A DNA stretch of 64,000 bases from Nitrospirota bacterium (GTDB lineage: Bacteria > Nitrospirota > UBA9217): positions 1,280,001 to 1,344,000 of the forward strand of contig CAVTRN010000001.1 of assembly GCA_963737155.1 (NCBI GenBank), given 5' to 3'. Shown piece after piece: positions 42,003 to 51,857 of this stretch. A program made the translations under genes and the position numbers. The number at the start of each line of letters is the position of its first letter. Within the stretch, counting starts at the first letter, position 1. Under the pieces are notes generated by a model. It saw only the letters and a program-made list of their open reading frames with translations, was not told where the DNA came from and made no database searches.

Positions 42003-42830
42003 TTACTCTGCATTCGGAATAAAGAGTTGATTCCCGTTCTTGTCCTTGAAAGCAGCTATCGTGTCCTGGCCTTCCTTGGAGATGATCCAGTTCACGAACT
42101 CCATCGCCTCTTTGTATTTAACGGTATTGAACTTCTCCGGGTTCACAGCCATGACGCCGTATTGGTTAAACAGGGTTGGGTCGCCTTCCAGGATAACGAC
42201 CATGTCGAGTTTGTCCTTGGTAGCGAGCCAGGTTCCGCGGTCTGTAAGCGTGTAGGCCCGCTTCTCGTCAGCGATACGCTGAGTTTTTTCCATGCCCTGA
42301 CCGACCTTGAGATACCATTTTTTGCCCGCCGGATCAATGCTTGCTTTTTTCCAGATTGACAATTCCTTGGTATTGGTGCCCGACTTGTCTCCCCGAGAAA
42401 TAAAGTCAGTGTTAGCTTCGGCAATCTTCTTAAATGCGTCAACAGCGGATTTCAAACCTTTGATCTTTGCCGGGTCTGCCGAAGGGCCTATGATTAGAAA
42501 GTCGTTGTACATTACGTCATGACGGTTCAGGAAGAAACCTTCTTCAACGGCCTTCAGCTCCTGCTCCTTGGCATGAACGAAGACGAAGTCTACATCGCCG
42601 CGCTTCCCGATTTCTATGGCCGCGCCTGTGCCGACTGCCACCACATCGATCTTGACGCCGGTCTTCTTCTCGAAAATCGGAAGAAGATATTCGAAGAGTC
42701 CGGAGTTCTGCGTACTTGTTGTGGAGGCGCAGCGGATGCGGGTTTCAGCTGAGGCTGCTTGGCCGGAGAGGGATCCGACTACAGATAACAGCAGTATAGA
42801 CAATATGAATACACTTTTTATTATTTTCAT
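42003..42830 (-). CDS. tupA: Tungstate ABC transporter substrate-binding protein
   Basis: Signal peptide, STTSTQNSGL, VGTGAA, SRGDKSGT, YTLTDRGT. Confidence 0.9.
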   Translation of the reverse strand: MKIIKSVFILSILLLSVVGSLSGQAASAETRIRCASTTSTQNSGLFEYLLPIFEKKTGVKIDVVAVGTGAAIEIGKRGDVDFVFVHAKEQELKAVEEGFFLNRHDVMYNDFLIIGPSADPAKIKGLKSAVDAFKKIAEANTDFISRGDKSGTNTKELSIWKKASIDPAGKKWYLKVGQGMEKTQRIADEKRAYTLTDRGTWLATKDKLDMVVILEGDPTLFNQYGVMAVNPEKFNTVKYKEAMEFVNWIISKEGQDTIAAFKDKNGNQLFIPNAE

Positions 42831-42919
42831 TGAAGAGATATCCTCCTATAATTGCATTGGTATTAAACGAGTTAATCGTTATATTATTTCGCGTACCAAC
42901 CGCGTTATTGTATACTCGA

Positions 42920-43310
42920 GTCTCTTTGCTGTTTGCCGCTTTCCCGTATTTCGATACTCTTTGACCTTGAGGGGGAGCCGCGCAGTCGATTAACTTCGAT
43001 GCAGTCGCCGATCCTGCAATTGCACCCGTCGGCCGGGATAGTGTGTGATGGGTATTACGAGGAATTTGCCCGCCCGTAACAGGACGGCCAGGTTCGGAAC
43101 GTTATATTTTTCCGCTGCCCAGGCGCTGCTGTCGGTCATGATGCAGTCCTTTTTCGAGTCGCCCGATCAAACGTGGCGGTTATAAAATCCCTCGTAACTA
43201 TGTACCAGTCTCCTGATGGAGTGATTTCAGTTCTTTCTAGACATCCATTTCCTTTTTGCACATTCCCGAGTTGTTACCGCGTGAAGAGATGCTGTTTTGG
43301 TATTTAGCCA
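42920..43310 (-). pseudogene. Decayed third TupA-like gene
   Basis: SRGNNSGMCKKEMDV* / ITPSGDWYIVTRDF...MTDSSAWAAEK..PNLAVL, with frameshifts. Confidence 0.6.
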
Positions 43311-43368
43311 GCATCATAACGCCAACTTTATTTCGCAGTAGCGGTGTACTTCCTTATGAAATGTAATA

Positions 43369-44148
43369 TTATTTTCCCCCAGTACGAGAGTAAACCGCAT
43401 CGGGATTGAAAAGGCGTGTCCCGTGCTTGGTATATTTGGCTATTATTCCTTGGCCCTCCGGAGAGGTGACATAAGCGATGAAATCCATGGCTTCGCGGTA
43501 GCGAATGTTCGGGAATTGTTCAGGGTTGACGGCGATAACGCTATAGCAGTTTTTGAGCGCCGGGTCGTCGTGGAGGAGTACTTTCAGTTGTAGTTTCTTT
43601 TCAAAGTTCAGAAAGGTACCGATGTCAGTAAGGGTATAAGCTTTTTTCTGACTTGCTATGATCAGGGTATCGCCCATCACGCTGCCGGCCTCGAAATACC
43701 AGCCTTTGCCTTTGGGATTGATTGCCGCATCGTCCCACAAATCCAACTCCTTGATATTGGTGCCCGAGTCGTCGCCACGCGACACAAAGGGAGCTCCCAC
43801 TTCCGCAATTCGTTCGAGGGCTTCTGCCGCGGTTTTCGTATTTTTGATTCGGGCTGGGTCCTTTACAGGGCCCGCGATCACAAAAACATTATGCATGACG
43901 GCGCGCCGGTTCACGCCATATCCCTCGGCCACGAACTTTTCCTCGCGGAATGGGTCATGAACAAAGAGCAGGTCCGCCTCTCCTTTTTTCGCCATTCTGA
44001 TGGCTTTGCCGGTTCCGACGGCAATGATTTCAACTGACACGGCATGACGAGTTGCTTTTTCGTAAGCGGGGATGAGAATATCGAAAAGACCGGAGTTCAG
44101 CGTGCTGGTGGTTGATGCGAGGATCAGACGGGATGCTTTTTTCTTCAT
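43369..44148 (-). CDS. TupA paralogue lacking a signal peptide
   Basis: GGAGG RBS, then MKKKASRLILASTTSTLNSGL. VGTGKA, SRGDDSGT and YTLTD motifs intact. Confidence 0.82.
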   Translation of the reverse strand: MKKKASRLILASTTSTLNSGLFDILIPAYEKATRHAVSVEIIAVGTGKAIRMAKKGEADLLFVHDPFREEKFVAEGYGVNRRAVMHNVFVIAGPVKDPARIKNTKTAAEALERIAEVGAPFVSRGDDSGTNIKELDLWDDAAINPKGKGWYFEAGSVMGDTLIIASQKKAYTLTDIGTFLNFEKKLQLKVLLHDDPALKNCYSVIAVNPEQFPNIRYREAMDFIAYVTSPEGQGIIAKYTKHGTRLFNPDAVYSRTGGK

Positions 44149-44671
44149 GGTGTAACCCTCCGTATGTGGATTATTGTCATTGTAAGTCTGGCAAGATAGA
44201 AAGTAAAATGCAATAAATTCATAAAATATATGAGTATTAGTCATGGCAGTTAGTCCGCGCTGTTACATCCGTGGCTAATCAATGTCAGTGCGATTTTGAC
44301 AAGGTCGATGACGTTATGCCAATGACCAGCCATTGCAAATTTTGATAAAACATAACGATTTAACTGGTGCGCTTTTTCATCAAATGAATTATTGTCAATG
44401 CTGTATGCCTTTATGCCCGTCCGTGCGCACCGATGCCCGCGATCGAGGAAGGCATGGCCTTGTCCTCCTTCATGATTGCGTTTACCTTATCAACATCCTT
44501 ACCGGCGGTACGCGTCGGAAACTCATTCGGAAAACGCACAGCAGCAAGTTCGAGGTGATTCGGGCAAATGCAGTGAATAGGGAGGGGAGGTGTAAGGGCA
44601 GGGCAGGTAACAATTAGAAAGGGGCAAGATGCAAGTAACAGGGGGACTGTGAATACGGGCTAAGGTATACG

Positions 44672-44700
44672 TTGACAAAATCGGTCAGTATTCATAAAAT
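44672..44700 (+). promoter_or_regulatory. Sigma70 promoter of the LysR gene
   Basis: TTGACA-N17-TAAAAT. Confidence 0.65.
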
Positions 44701-44769
44701 GCGATCACTCATGCAGCTTTTTTTATCCGCATTAAAACGTATACGGGGCTCCACGATTTTGCTCGGACT

Positions 44770-45675
44770 ATGGAAGACCACAGACTGAAATCATATTGTC
44801 TCGTTGTCGAGACCAAAAGCTTTTCGCGGGCCGCCCTGGCAAAGCACATGACCCAATCGGCCATGAGCCGGCTGGTGAAAGGCCTCGAGGACGAACTGGG
44901 CGTCAACCTACTGCTTCGCGAACGCAAGACGGTCACCCCAACGCCTGAAGGAAAAATTTTCTACAACCACGCAAAAAAACTTCTGGAAGGTTACGTGCGG
45001 ATGGAGCAGGACATCAGCAGCGTGTCAGGCACTACCAGGGGATTGCTGCGCCTGGGATCGAGTAGAACGCCGGCTTTTCATCTCCTTTCGCAGGCACTCT
45101 ATGATTTTTCAAAAAATCATCCCGAGCTGAGGATCGATTTAACCATAGCGAGAACCGAAGGCGTGCTGCGCGAGCTTCGCGAAGGCCGTATCGATATCGG
45201 GATTGTAGAAAGCTGGGGCATCAACGACAAGTTTTTTTCCGAGACGCTTGCCGAGGACGAGATCGTCTTGATTGTGCCGGAAAACCATCATCTCGCTGCA
45301 AAGAAATCGATCACCCTCAAAGAACTCATAACCCAGTCATTCATCCTACCAGGGCCGGGGTCGGGTACGCGGACACTGGTGGATGATTTTTTTGAAAGAC
45401 AGGGATTCGATATGCGGCAGCTCAATGTGCGGATGACCGCGGGCAGTCCTGAGTTCGTGGTCCAAATGGTGCAGGCAGGACTCGGTGTCGCATTTGCGTC
45501 CAAATGGTCAGTGTTTTCCGCCGTCAAGGAAGGCACGGTGAAAGTACTGCGGGCGCCGGGAAAGAAAATCCTGCGCAAGTTCTATCTTGTGACCATAGAC
45601 CGAGAGCCGGTATCTTCCGCGGCCCGGACCTTTAAGGGGTTCATCAAACAGCACCGGTTTTTCGTTCCGTTTTAG
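44770..45675 (+). CDS. LysR-family transcriptional regulator (CysL-like)
   Basis: HTH SFSRAA..HMTQSAMS..LEDELG, GSGTR in the effector domain. Confidence 0.9.
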   Translation: MEDHRLKSYCLVVETKSFSRAALAKHMTQSAMSRLVKGLEDELGVNLLLRERKTVTPTPEGKIFYNHAKKLLEGYVRMEQDISSVSGTTRGLLRLGSSRTPAFHLLSQALYDFSKNHPELRIDLTIARTEGVLRELREGRIDIGIVESWGINDKFFSETLAEDEIVLIVPENHHLAAKKSITLKELITQSFILPGPGSGTRTLVDDFFERQGFDMRQLNVRMTAGSPEFVVQMVQAGLGVAFASKWSVFSAVKEGTVKVLRAPGKKILRKFYLVTIDREPVSSAARTFKGFIKQHRFFVPF

Positions 45676-46195
45676 GCACTTTCCTCCATAATGCAGATCA
45701 TCTGGGTGAATTTGTTCATGGGTATGGCGAAGTCAGTATATTCATTCGGGAAATAAGGCCGGACACATCGAACATCCCGAGAACTGCCCTAGGATGCGTG
45801 GATTGGTTTTCGAGGTAGAGATATTGAACGAGAGAACGCAACCGGCGCCATAAGGCAGAAAACTTCATTTGGTTCCGACTCATCACAGTTGGCGAGCGTG
45901 AAGAGGCCGGATAGGACATCGAGGATTGCAGAGAAAATAACGGCTTGGGGCGTGCAAGGTGCTTTGAACGGCACAACCTACATCATTTCCTTAACAATCT
46001 CAGGAGACTTTTATATCGTTCGCCTACTATTTTGCCCCGGATACTGCAGAAAAGAAAGTACTCGAAGTGAGCGCCGATAGGGACTCGTTTCGTGCGGTCC
46101 TCTTTATCCGTGTAATAAAAGGCGAGAAAAAGTTCCGCTTTACTGAAAAAGAATCTCTATGATTTCAGGAACTTATTTTTAAGCGTTATGTCCAT
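45676..46195 (-). pseudogene. DUF169-family pseudogene
   Basis: MDITLKNKFL*...HFEYFLFCSIRGKIVGERY / KSPEIVKE / DVLSGLFTLAN / RAVLGMFDVS, spread over several frames. Confidence 0.65.
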
Positions 46196-46250
46196 GAAAA
46201 CCTTTTCCCTTATTTTGAGATGCAAGCTGGAAGATTGACCGATAAAATCA

Positions 46251-47159
46251 TCACGGTGGACACTTTGCGCATATCGAGGTGAACAGCGCCGTGCTTAGGT
46301 ACCGGTCTCCGCGGTCGGGTAGTATCACGACGATAGTTCCGTCCTTCATTTCCTTCGCCTTCTTGATCGCAGCCCACATGGCTGCACCGCTGCTCATGCC
46401 CACGAACAGTCCTTCCTCAAGGGCCAGCCTACGCGTGGTATTGAATGCGTCGTCGTCCTGCACATTCCACTTTGCGTCCAGAGCTCCCGGATCGAAGATT
46501 TTCGGCACGATTGCTTCGGTCATGTTTTTCAAGCCTTGTATTTTGTGGCCTAGATTCGGCTCTACGCCGAGAACTGTAATCGAGTTGTTATATTCTTTAA
46601 GCCTCCTGCCCGCGCCCATGAGTGTGCCCGATGTGCCCATGCCCGCGACAAAGACGCTGATCTCTCCCTTGGTCTGCTCAAAGACCTCCCTGCCGGTCGT
46701 TTCATAGTGCGCACGTATGTTAGCAGGGTTGTCGAACTGGTTTGGCATGAAGTAATCGCTTCGATGCTCGGCATAGACCTTGTGGGCGAGACGGATCGCT
46801 CCGTCGGTGCCTTCGTTGCCCGGGCTCAGGACGAGCTCTGCACCGAACGCTTCAAGTATCTTTCTCCGCTCCAGGCTCACGCACTCCGGCATAACGAGCT
46901 TGACCTTGTATCCCATTGCCGTGCCTACCATGGCAAGTCCAATGCCGGTGTTGCCCGACGTGGCCTCAAAAATTGTTGAACCCTTTGTCAGACTGCCTTC
47001 CACTTCAGCAGCCCTTACCATATACAAGGCAATGCGGTCCTTTACCGATCCGCCCGGATTGCTCCCTTCAAGCTTGGCGAAGAGCCTTACTTTCGGATTG
47101 GGATTGATCCGGTCCAGCCGTACGAGCGGCGTGTTGCCAATGGAATCGAGAATGCTCAT
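46251..47159 (-). CDS. cysM: Cysteine synthase (CysM-like)
   Basis: IGNTPLV, NPGGSVKDR (PLP lysine), EATSGNTG, GMGTSGT, PDRGDRYLS. Confidence 0.88.
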   Translation of the reverse strand: MSILDSIGNTPLVRLDRINPNPKVRLFAKLEGSNPGGSVKDRIALYMVRAAEVEGSLTKGSTIFEATSGNTGIGLAMVGTAMGYKVKLVMPECVSLERRKILEAFGAELVLSPGNEGTDGAIRLAHKVYAEHRSDYFMPNQFDNPANIRAHYETTGREVFEQTKGEISVFVAGMGTSGTLMGAGRRLKEYNNSITVLGVEPNLGHKIQGLKNMTEAIVPKIFDPGALDAKWNVQDDDAFNTTRRLALEEGLFVGMSSGAAMWAAIKKAKEMKDGTIVVILPDRGDRYLSTALFTSICAKCPP

Positions 47160-47188
47160 GAAAGTCAGCCCCCCGTTGCGGATGAATA

Positions 47189-47666
47189 ATTGGGTAGGTA
47201 GGGAGCCTTACAGCTCCTTTCCCCCCTCAGAATCGTGCATGAGAGTTTCCCCTCACATGGCACAAGCCGCTCAGCAGGAATCTCTGGTGGGTATTCCCGC
47301 AATGCAAATTAAATCGTTTCACGATACTTTCAGACTGTCAACACGGCCGAGACCGAAAGAGCACCGATACTGAGCAAAGCCTGGCATCGTCATGTGCGTT
47401 CCTTATCTTAGTCTGACTCATCCTGTGTTCTCGTGACGAGGAACCTGCCAATATCAGCTTCTTACGGCGTCCCATCATTACATCTCAGCCCAAACATTCA
47501 TCAGCATGAACTATGGTTAGACTACCCCGAATTACTTTGGAGCGAAGGTGCGGGGTTCCACGTGTGCATAAACGATCCTTTTTCAGCATAACGGTAGCAC
47601 GCTTACCACGTAGGGACCAGCAGGAAACATGCTGGGTACACTCATTTATACTGCATCGTGCCGCAC
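47189..47666 (-). mobile_element. ORF-less group II intron relic, 478 nt
   Basis: 5' end GTGCGGCACG. Domain V-like GTGCCATGTGAGGGGAAACTCTCATGCACGATTC. Domain VI GGAGC..GCTCC..CCTACCC, ending AAT. Confidence 0.75.
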
Positions 47667-47676
47667 GTACTTGGGT

Positions 47677-47705
47677 ATAATAGTGAATTTTCCGATGATC
47701 TGCAA
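47677..47705 (-). promoter_or_regulatory. Candidate sigma70 promoter of cysM, upstream of the intron
   Basis: Minus strand TTGCAG-N17-TATTAT. Confidence 0.45.
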
Positions 47706-47774
47706 CATCTTATTTATTTCCTCTGAAGGGTTTTTTGTTTTATAATCGGACGGTTGTTTTCACGATAGTGAAAA

Positions 47775-49139
47775 ATGCCGAGATTGACTGGTTTAATCAT
47801 GAACTTTAAAATATATATTGATAAAAGTGCTGAGCGCACCCGGCTTCTTATGCGTGCGCTGAGGCACCGTAACTATCGGCTGTTTTTCGGCGGGCAGACC
47901 CTGTCGCTGATTGGCACCTGGATGCAACAGATCGCCATGAGCTGGCTCGTGTACCGCGTGACCGGATCGGCGATGCTCCTGGGAGTAGTCGGTTTCGCTG
48001 GACAGATCCCGACGTTCCTTCTGGCTCCCCTGGCGGGAGTTCTTGCAGACAGGTGGAATAAGCACCACGTTCTGCTCTGGACGCAGTCGCTCTCCATGCT
48101 CCAGGCCGCGATACTGACAATACTTGTACTTGATCATCTAGTCCAAATCTGGCACATTATCGCTCTTAGTATTTTCATCGGCATGGTGAACGCATTTGAC
48201 ATCCCAGCGCGGCAGTCCTTTCTCATCGAAATGATCGACCGTCGGGAGGACCTGGGGAACGCCATCGCCCTGAATTCGTCTATGATGAACGGGACCCGCC
48301 TGATCGGACCGTCCATCGCAGGCGTCCTAATCGCCGCCCTAGGGGAAGGTATCTGCTTTCTGCTTAATGCAGTGAGCTACCTCGCGGTCCTCGCCGCCTT
48401 GCTCGCGATGCAGGTGAAGCCGAAAAAAGTAGAGTCCGCAGGGAAATCCATATTTCACGAGCTGCAGGAGGGAATTTCCTATGCGTACCGTTTTCCGCCA
48501 ATCAGGGTCATTCTCATGCTCATTGGCCTCGTGAGTCTCACGGGAATTCCTTATACCGTGCTCCTCCCTGTGTTCGCACGGGACATTCTACATGGCGGCG
48601 CCCACACCTTCGGCTTTCTTATGGCAGCGGTCGGCATCGGCGCTTTTACGAGCGCAATCCTGCTCGCCTCGCGCAAGAGCGTGATCGGGCTCGGCAAGAT
48701 CATTCCTCTGGCTGCAGGAGTATTCGGTCTGGCAGTGGCTACCTTTGCCTTCTCTCGCTCGCTCTGGCTTTCTCTCGTGCTGCTGTTCTTCGCTGGACTT
48801 GGCATGATGGCGCAGATCGCTTCGAGCAACACGATCCTCCAGACACTCGTGGATGATGATAAACGGGGGCGTGTCATGAGCCTCTTTACCATGTCGTTCA
48901 TGGGCATGGCACCCTTCGGAAGCCTGTTTGCCGGCGTACTCGCGGGCAAGATCGGCGTAACCTATACGCTCCTCATGGGTGGTACGGCCTGCTGCATCGG
49001 GGCGTTAGTCTTTGCGAGTCGTCTCAGCATGATACGAGAGCATATCCTTCCTATCTACCGGCGAAAGGGGATCATCCCAGAAGTTGTTTCCGCCCTCCAG
49101 ACCGCGACGGAACTCACGATCCCGCCCGAAGAGCAGTAA
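47775..49139 (+). CDS. MFS transporter (MFS_3/EntS-like)
   Basis: RALRHRNYRLFF.GQ..S..GTWMQ, GVLADR, DIPARQSF, RGRVMS, about 12 TM. Start uncertain. Confidence 0.9.
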   Translation: MPRLTGLIMNFKIYIDKSAERTRLLMRALRHRNYRLFFGGQTLSLIGTWMQQIAMSWLVYRVTGSAMLLGVVGFAGQIPTFLLAPLAGVLADRWNKHHVLLWTQSLSMLQAAILTILVLDHLVQIWHIIALSIFIGMVNAFDIPARQSFLIEMIDRREDLGNAIALNSSMMNGTRLIGPSIAGVLIAALGEGICFLLNAVSYLAVLAALLAMQVKPKKVESAGKSIFHELQEGISYAYRFPPIRVILMLIGLVSLTGIPYTVLLPVFARDILHGGAHTFGFLMAAVGIGAFTSAILLASRKSVIGLGKIIPLAAGVFGLAVATFAFSRSLWLSLVLLFFAGLGMMAQIASSNTILQTLVDDDKRGRVMSLFTMSFMGMAPFGSLFAGVLAGKIGVTYTLLMGGTACCIGALVFASRLSMIREHILPIYRRKGIIPEVVSALQTATELTIPPEEQ

Positions 49140-49470
49140 AGAACCGGACTCCTCTCCAAAATCAGCAATATCAGCAGTTTCCCCGCTAAGTACCACCTCA
49201 TCGGGTCCTATCATACGCCATCCCGTTGCTCCGTTTTTCGTTGCAGGCGGGCTCAAAAACGTATATGATCTTTCGTTGTGCCGGTGTGCCGGTGTTTTCA
49301 GAAAACTGACGGAAAATGAGGGATGAGATTTTCAGATCGTATCATAAGATAATTCAAGGGAGTTAATTTACCGGCGAAGAAAGCACGGGAAACGACTTCT
49401 TTTAAAGGTACCAACTTCGCGACCTTGGCGTCGTTGCTGTTTATCTACAGGGGGTCTATTTTATAACGCT

Positions 49471-50445
49471 ATGACAATACCACGTTCCTACACTATTCTC
49501 ATCACCGGCCTTGGAGCTCTTGGAACCGTGTTCGCAACGCTCATGAAAAAAACGGGCCACACGGTTTTTGCTCTCACAAAAGATAAATATCTTCCTGGAC
49601 TCTTGAATGGTATAGTGCGGGTCAAGGGTATCTGGGGAGAACACGAAGCCGTGCTTGACGGCGTGCTCGGCTCTATCGAGCCGCTCACCTGCAAAAAACT
49701 CGATCTTATTATCCTCGCGGTCAAGTCCTACGATACGAAGGCGGCGATTGAGCAGGTAAAGCCGCTCGTGAGTAAGGACACGCTGGTCCTCGTCGCCCAG
49801 AACGGATACGGGAACTACGAAACCGTTTCCAACGCAGTCGGCAAAGAACACACGCTCTTGGCGAGGATAATCTTCGGCGTAAAACTATCGTCCTACGGAA
49901 ATGCGGAGGTCACGGTTATTGCCGATGATGTACGGATCGGGCAGCCGCATGATGCGGTTGATCCTGAGCGCATTCGTGAGATCGCGGACGCTTTCAGGTT
50001 GGCCGGTATCCCGTCAGCATATGCTGAGAATGTGAATGCAATTCTCTGGGATAAGATTCTCTACAATGCGGCGCTGAACCCTCTGGGCGCGATACTCGAA
50101 TGCACCTACGGCGATCTCGCGGAGAATCCCAAATCTCGTGGGATTATGGATGCGATCATCGACGAGATATTCGGGGTAGCGCAGGCGTACGGGATAGTAT
50201 TGAACTGGAGATCACCGGATGAATATCGCGAACACTTCTACACACGGCTCGTCCCGCCCACGGCAAGGCATTACCCTTCGATGTACTATGACGTCAAGGC
50301 AGGCAAGCGCCTCGAGATTGATGCATTAAACGGGGCAATCGTGGGGCTTGCCCGCGAGAAGGGGATTGCTGTTCCGGTGAATGAAACCATTACGGCAATC
50401 ATCAAATCAAAAGAAGCGTTGGTACAACGGCATCCATCCGCATGA
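49471..50445 (+). CDS. panE: 2-dehydropantoate 2-reductase
   Basis: GLGALG, AVKSYD, QNG, WDKILYNAALNP, SMYYD, EIDALNG. Confidence 0.9.
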   Translation: MTIPRSYTILITGLGALGTVFATLMKKTGHTVFALTKDKYLPGLLNGIVRVKGIWGEHEAVLDGVLGSIEPLTCKKLDLIILAVKSYDTKAAIEQVKPLVSKDTLVLVAQNGYGNYETVSNAVGKEHTLLARIIFGVKLSSYGNAEVTVIADDVRIGQPHDAVDPERIREIADAFRLAGIPSAYAENVNAILWDKILYNAALNPLGAILECTYGDLAENPKSRGIMDAIIDEIFGVAQAYGIVLNWRSPDEYREHFYTRLVPPTARHYPSMYYDVKAGKRLEIDALNGAIVGLAREKGIAVPVNETITAIIKSKEALVQRHPSA

Positions 50446-50544
50446 ATGATCTGAAAAATATCCGCCTTGATGATGGGCAACCCGCGATAGATTTATCCTT
50501 CAACATAAAATAGTCAGGTTTATACTTGCTGTTGTCGAGAGTAT

Positions 50545-50980
50545 ATGAACGTATTCATGGCCGCAGCCGCAGAGGAACGGTTGCAGGAAAGACCGAAAGG
50601 GCGCAAACCGATACGCTCGGTCCTGGTATACGGTGGCGAAGTCATTGCACGATGCTGCAATCGGTGTGTGCAATGGGACAGAGCGATTCTGCACGCGGAA
50701 ATGGAAGCCCTGCAGAACGGCAGATGGCTGTCCCGGCCTTCTGCCGGGCTTCAACGCTCTACACGACGCTGTCGGCATGTGCTATGAGCTCCAGTGTGAT
50801 TCTTTTTTATACGGTATTCCCCGCGTTGATATTAGCCAAAATTTTCATTCAGAGAGGAAGAACTGCTAAAGAGCCGCGGCGTCAAGGAAGAGGTGCTACA
50901 GGAGTCCTGGGGTGCGTGTTATGTTCATGATTAAATTTAGCAATGAAGATATCGGGAAGAGTGCGCCGGGAAGAGATGTG
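50545..50980 (+). pseudogene. Cytosine/nucleoside deaminase pseudogene
   Basis: PIRSVLV...NRCVQ...ILHAEMEALQN / STLYTTLSACAM / YGIPRV in shifting frames. Confidence 0.7.
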
Positions 50981-51106
50981 TTTGAAGATGGGCAGCTTCA
51001 CATTTTCAACTAAATTAAAACAACCTATCAAAACACCGCTCGCCCACCTGTTAGCGTGTTTTACCACCTTGCAAATATCGGGTATTTATGATACTGTACG
51101 CCCTCT

Positions 51107-51709
51107 ATGGAAATCGTTCTCGCTACACGTAACAAAAAAAAGATCGAGGAAATTAGGCGGATCACAGCCGACCTGCCGATCACGATTCTATCACTCGATA
51201 ATTTCCCTGATTGCCAGGAAACGGTGGAAGATGAGAATTCGTTCGAGGGAAACGCCATAAAAAAAGCGACCGAGGTCTGCCGATACACGGGCAAACCAGC
51301 ACTTGCTGACGACTCCGGTCTCGAAGTCGACGTCTTGGGCGGTGCGCCGGGAATATATTCCGCGCGTTATGCTGGCGGCGCCGGTAGCGGCAGTGATGTT
51401 CGGAATTACGAAAAACTCCTTGACGAACTAAAAAATATACCGGACGAAAAAAGAGGAGCCCGCTTTGTGTGCTGTATGGCGATGGCTTATCCCGACGGAC
51501 TTGTCAAGACATTTTTCGGCTATGCCAAAGGGAGTATAAGTCGGGAGCCAAAAGGGAAAACCGGATTTGGATATGATCCGATTTTCATCCCCGAGGGATA
51601 TAAAATTACTTTTGCCGAGATGTCCGGTGAAGAGAAGGACCGGCTCAGTCATAGGGGCAAAGCTATTGAAAAACTTGTTGAATTTATACACGCCAATATT
51701 CATTTATAA
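51107..51709 (+). CDS. rdgB: XTP/dITP diphosphatase
   Basis: ATRNKKK, ADDSGL, PGIYSARY, GFGYDPIF, SHR. Confidence 0.95.
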   Translation: MEIVLATRNKKKIEEIRRITADLPITILSLDNFPDCQETVEDENSFEGNAIKKATEVCRYTGKPALADDSGLEVDVLGGAPGIYSARYAGGAGSGSDVRNYEKLLDELKNIPDEKRGARFVCCMAMAYPDGLVKTFFGYAKGSISREPKGKTGFGYDPIFIPEGYKITFAEMSGEEKDRLSHRGKAIEKLVEFIHANIHL

Positions 51710-51857
51710 ACAAAACTAATATTTAAATTATTATTTTTAACTTGAAAAATAACTCGTTTTCATCGATTATAGGCCGGTTAAAAAGTCCAAGGGGTTTAGT
51801 ACGCCCTTTTTCATTCTCATCCCCAAAAAATCGTTTTTTCAACGGAGGATAATCCCT

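Noticed and set aside
44150-44350. Moco/Wco riboswitch upstream of the tup genes
   Set aside because: No conserved Moco-motif stems or loops were recognised by eye.
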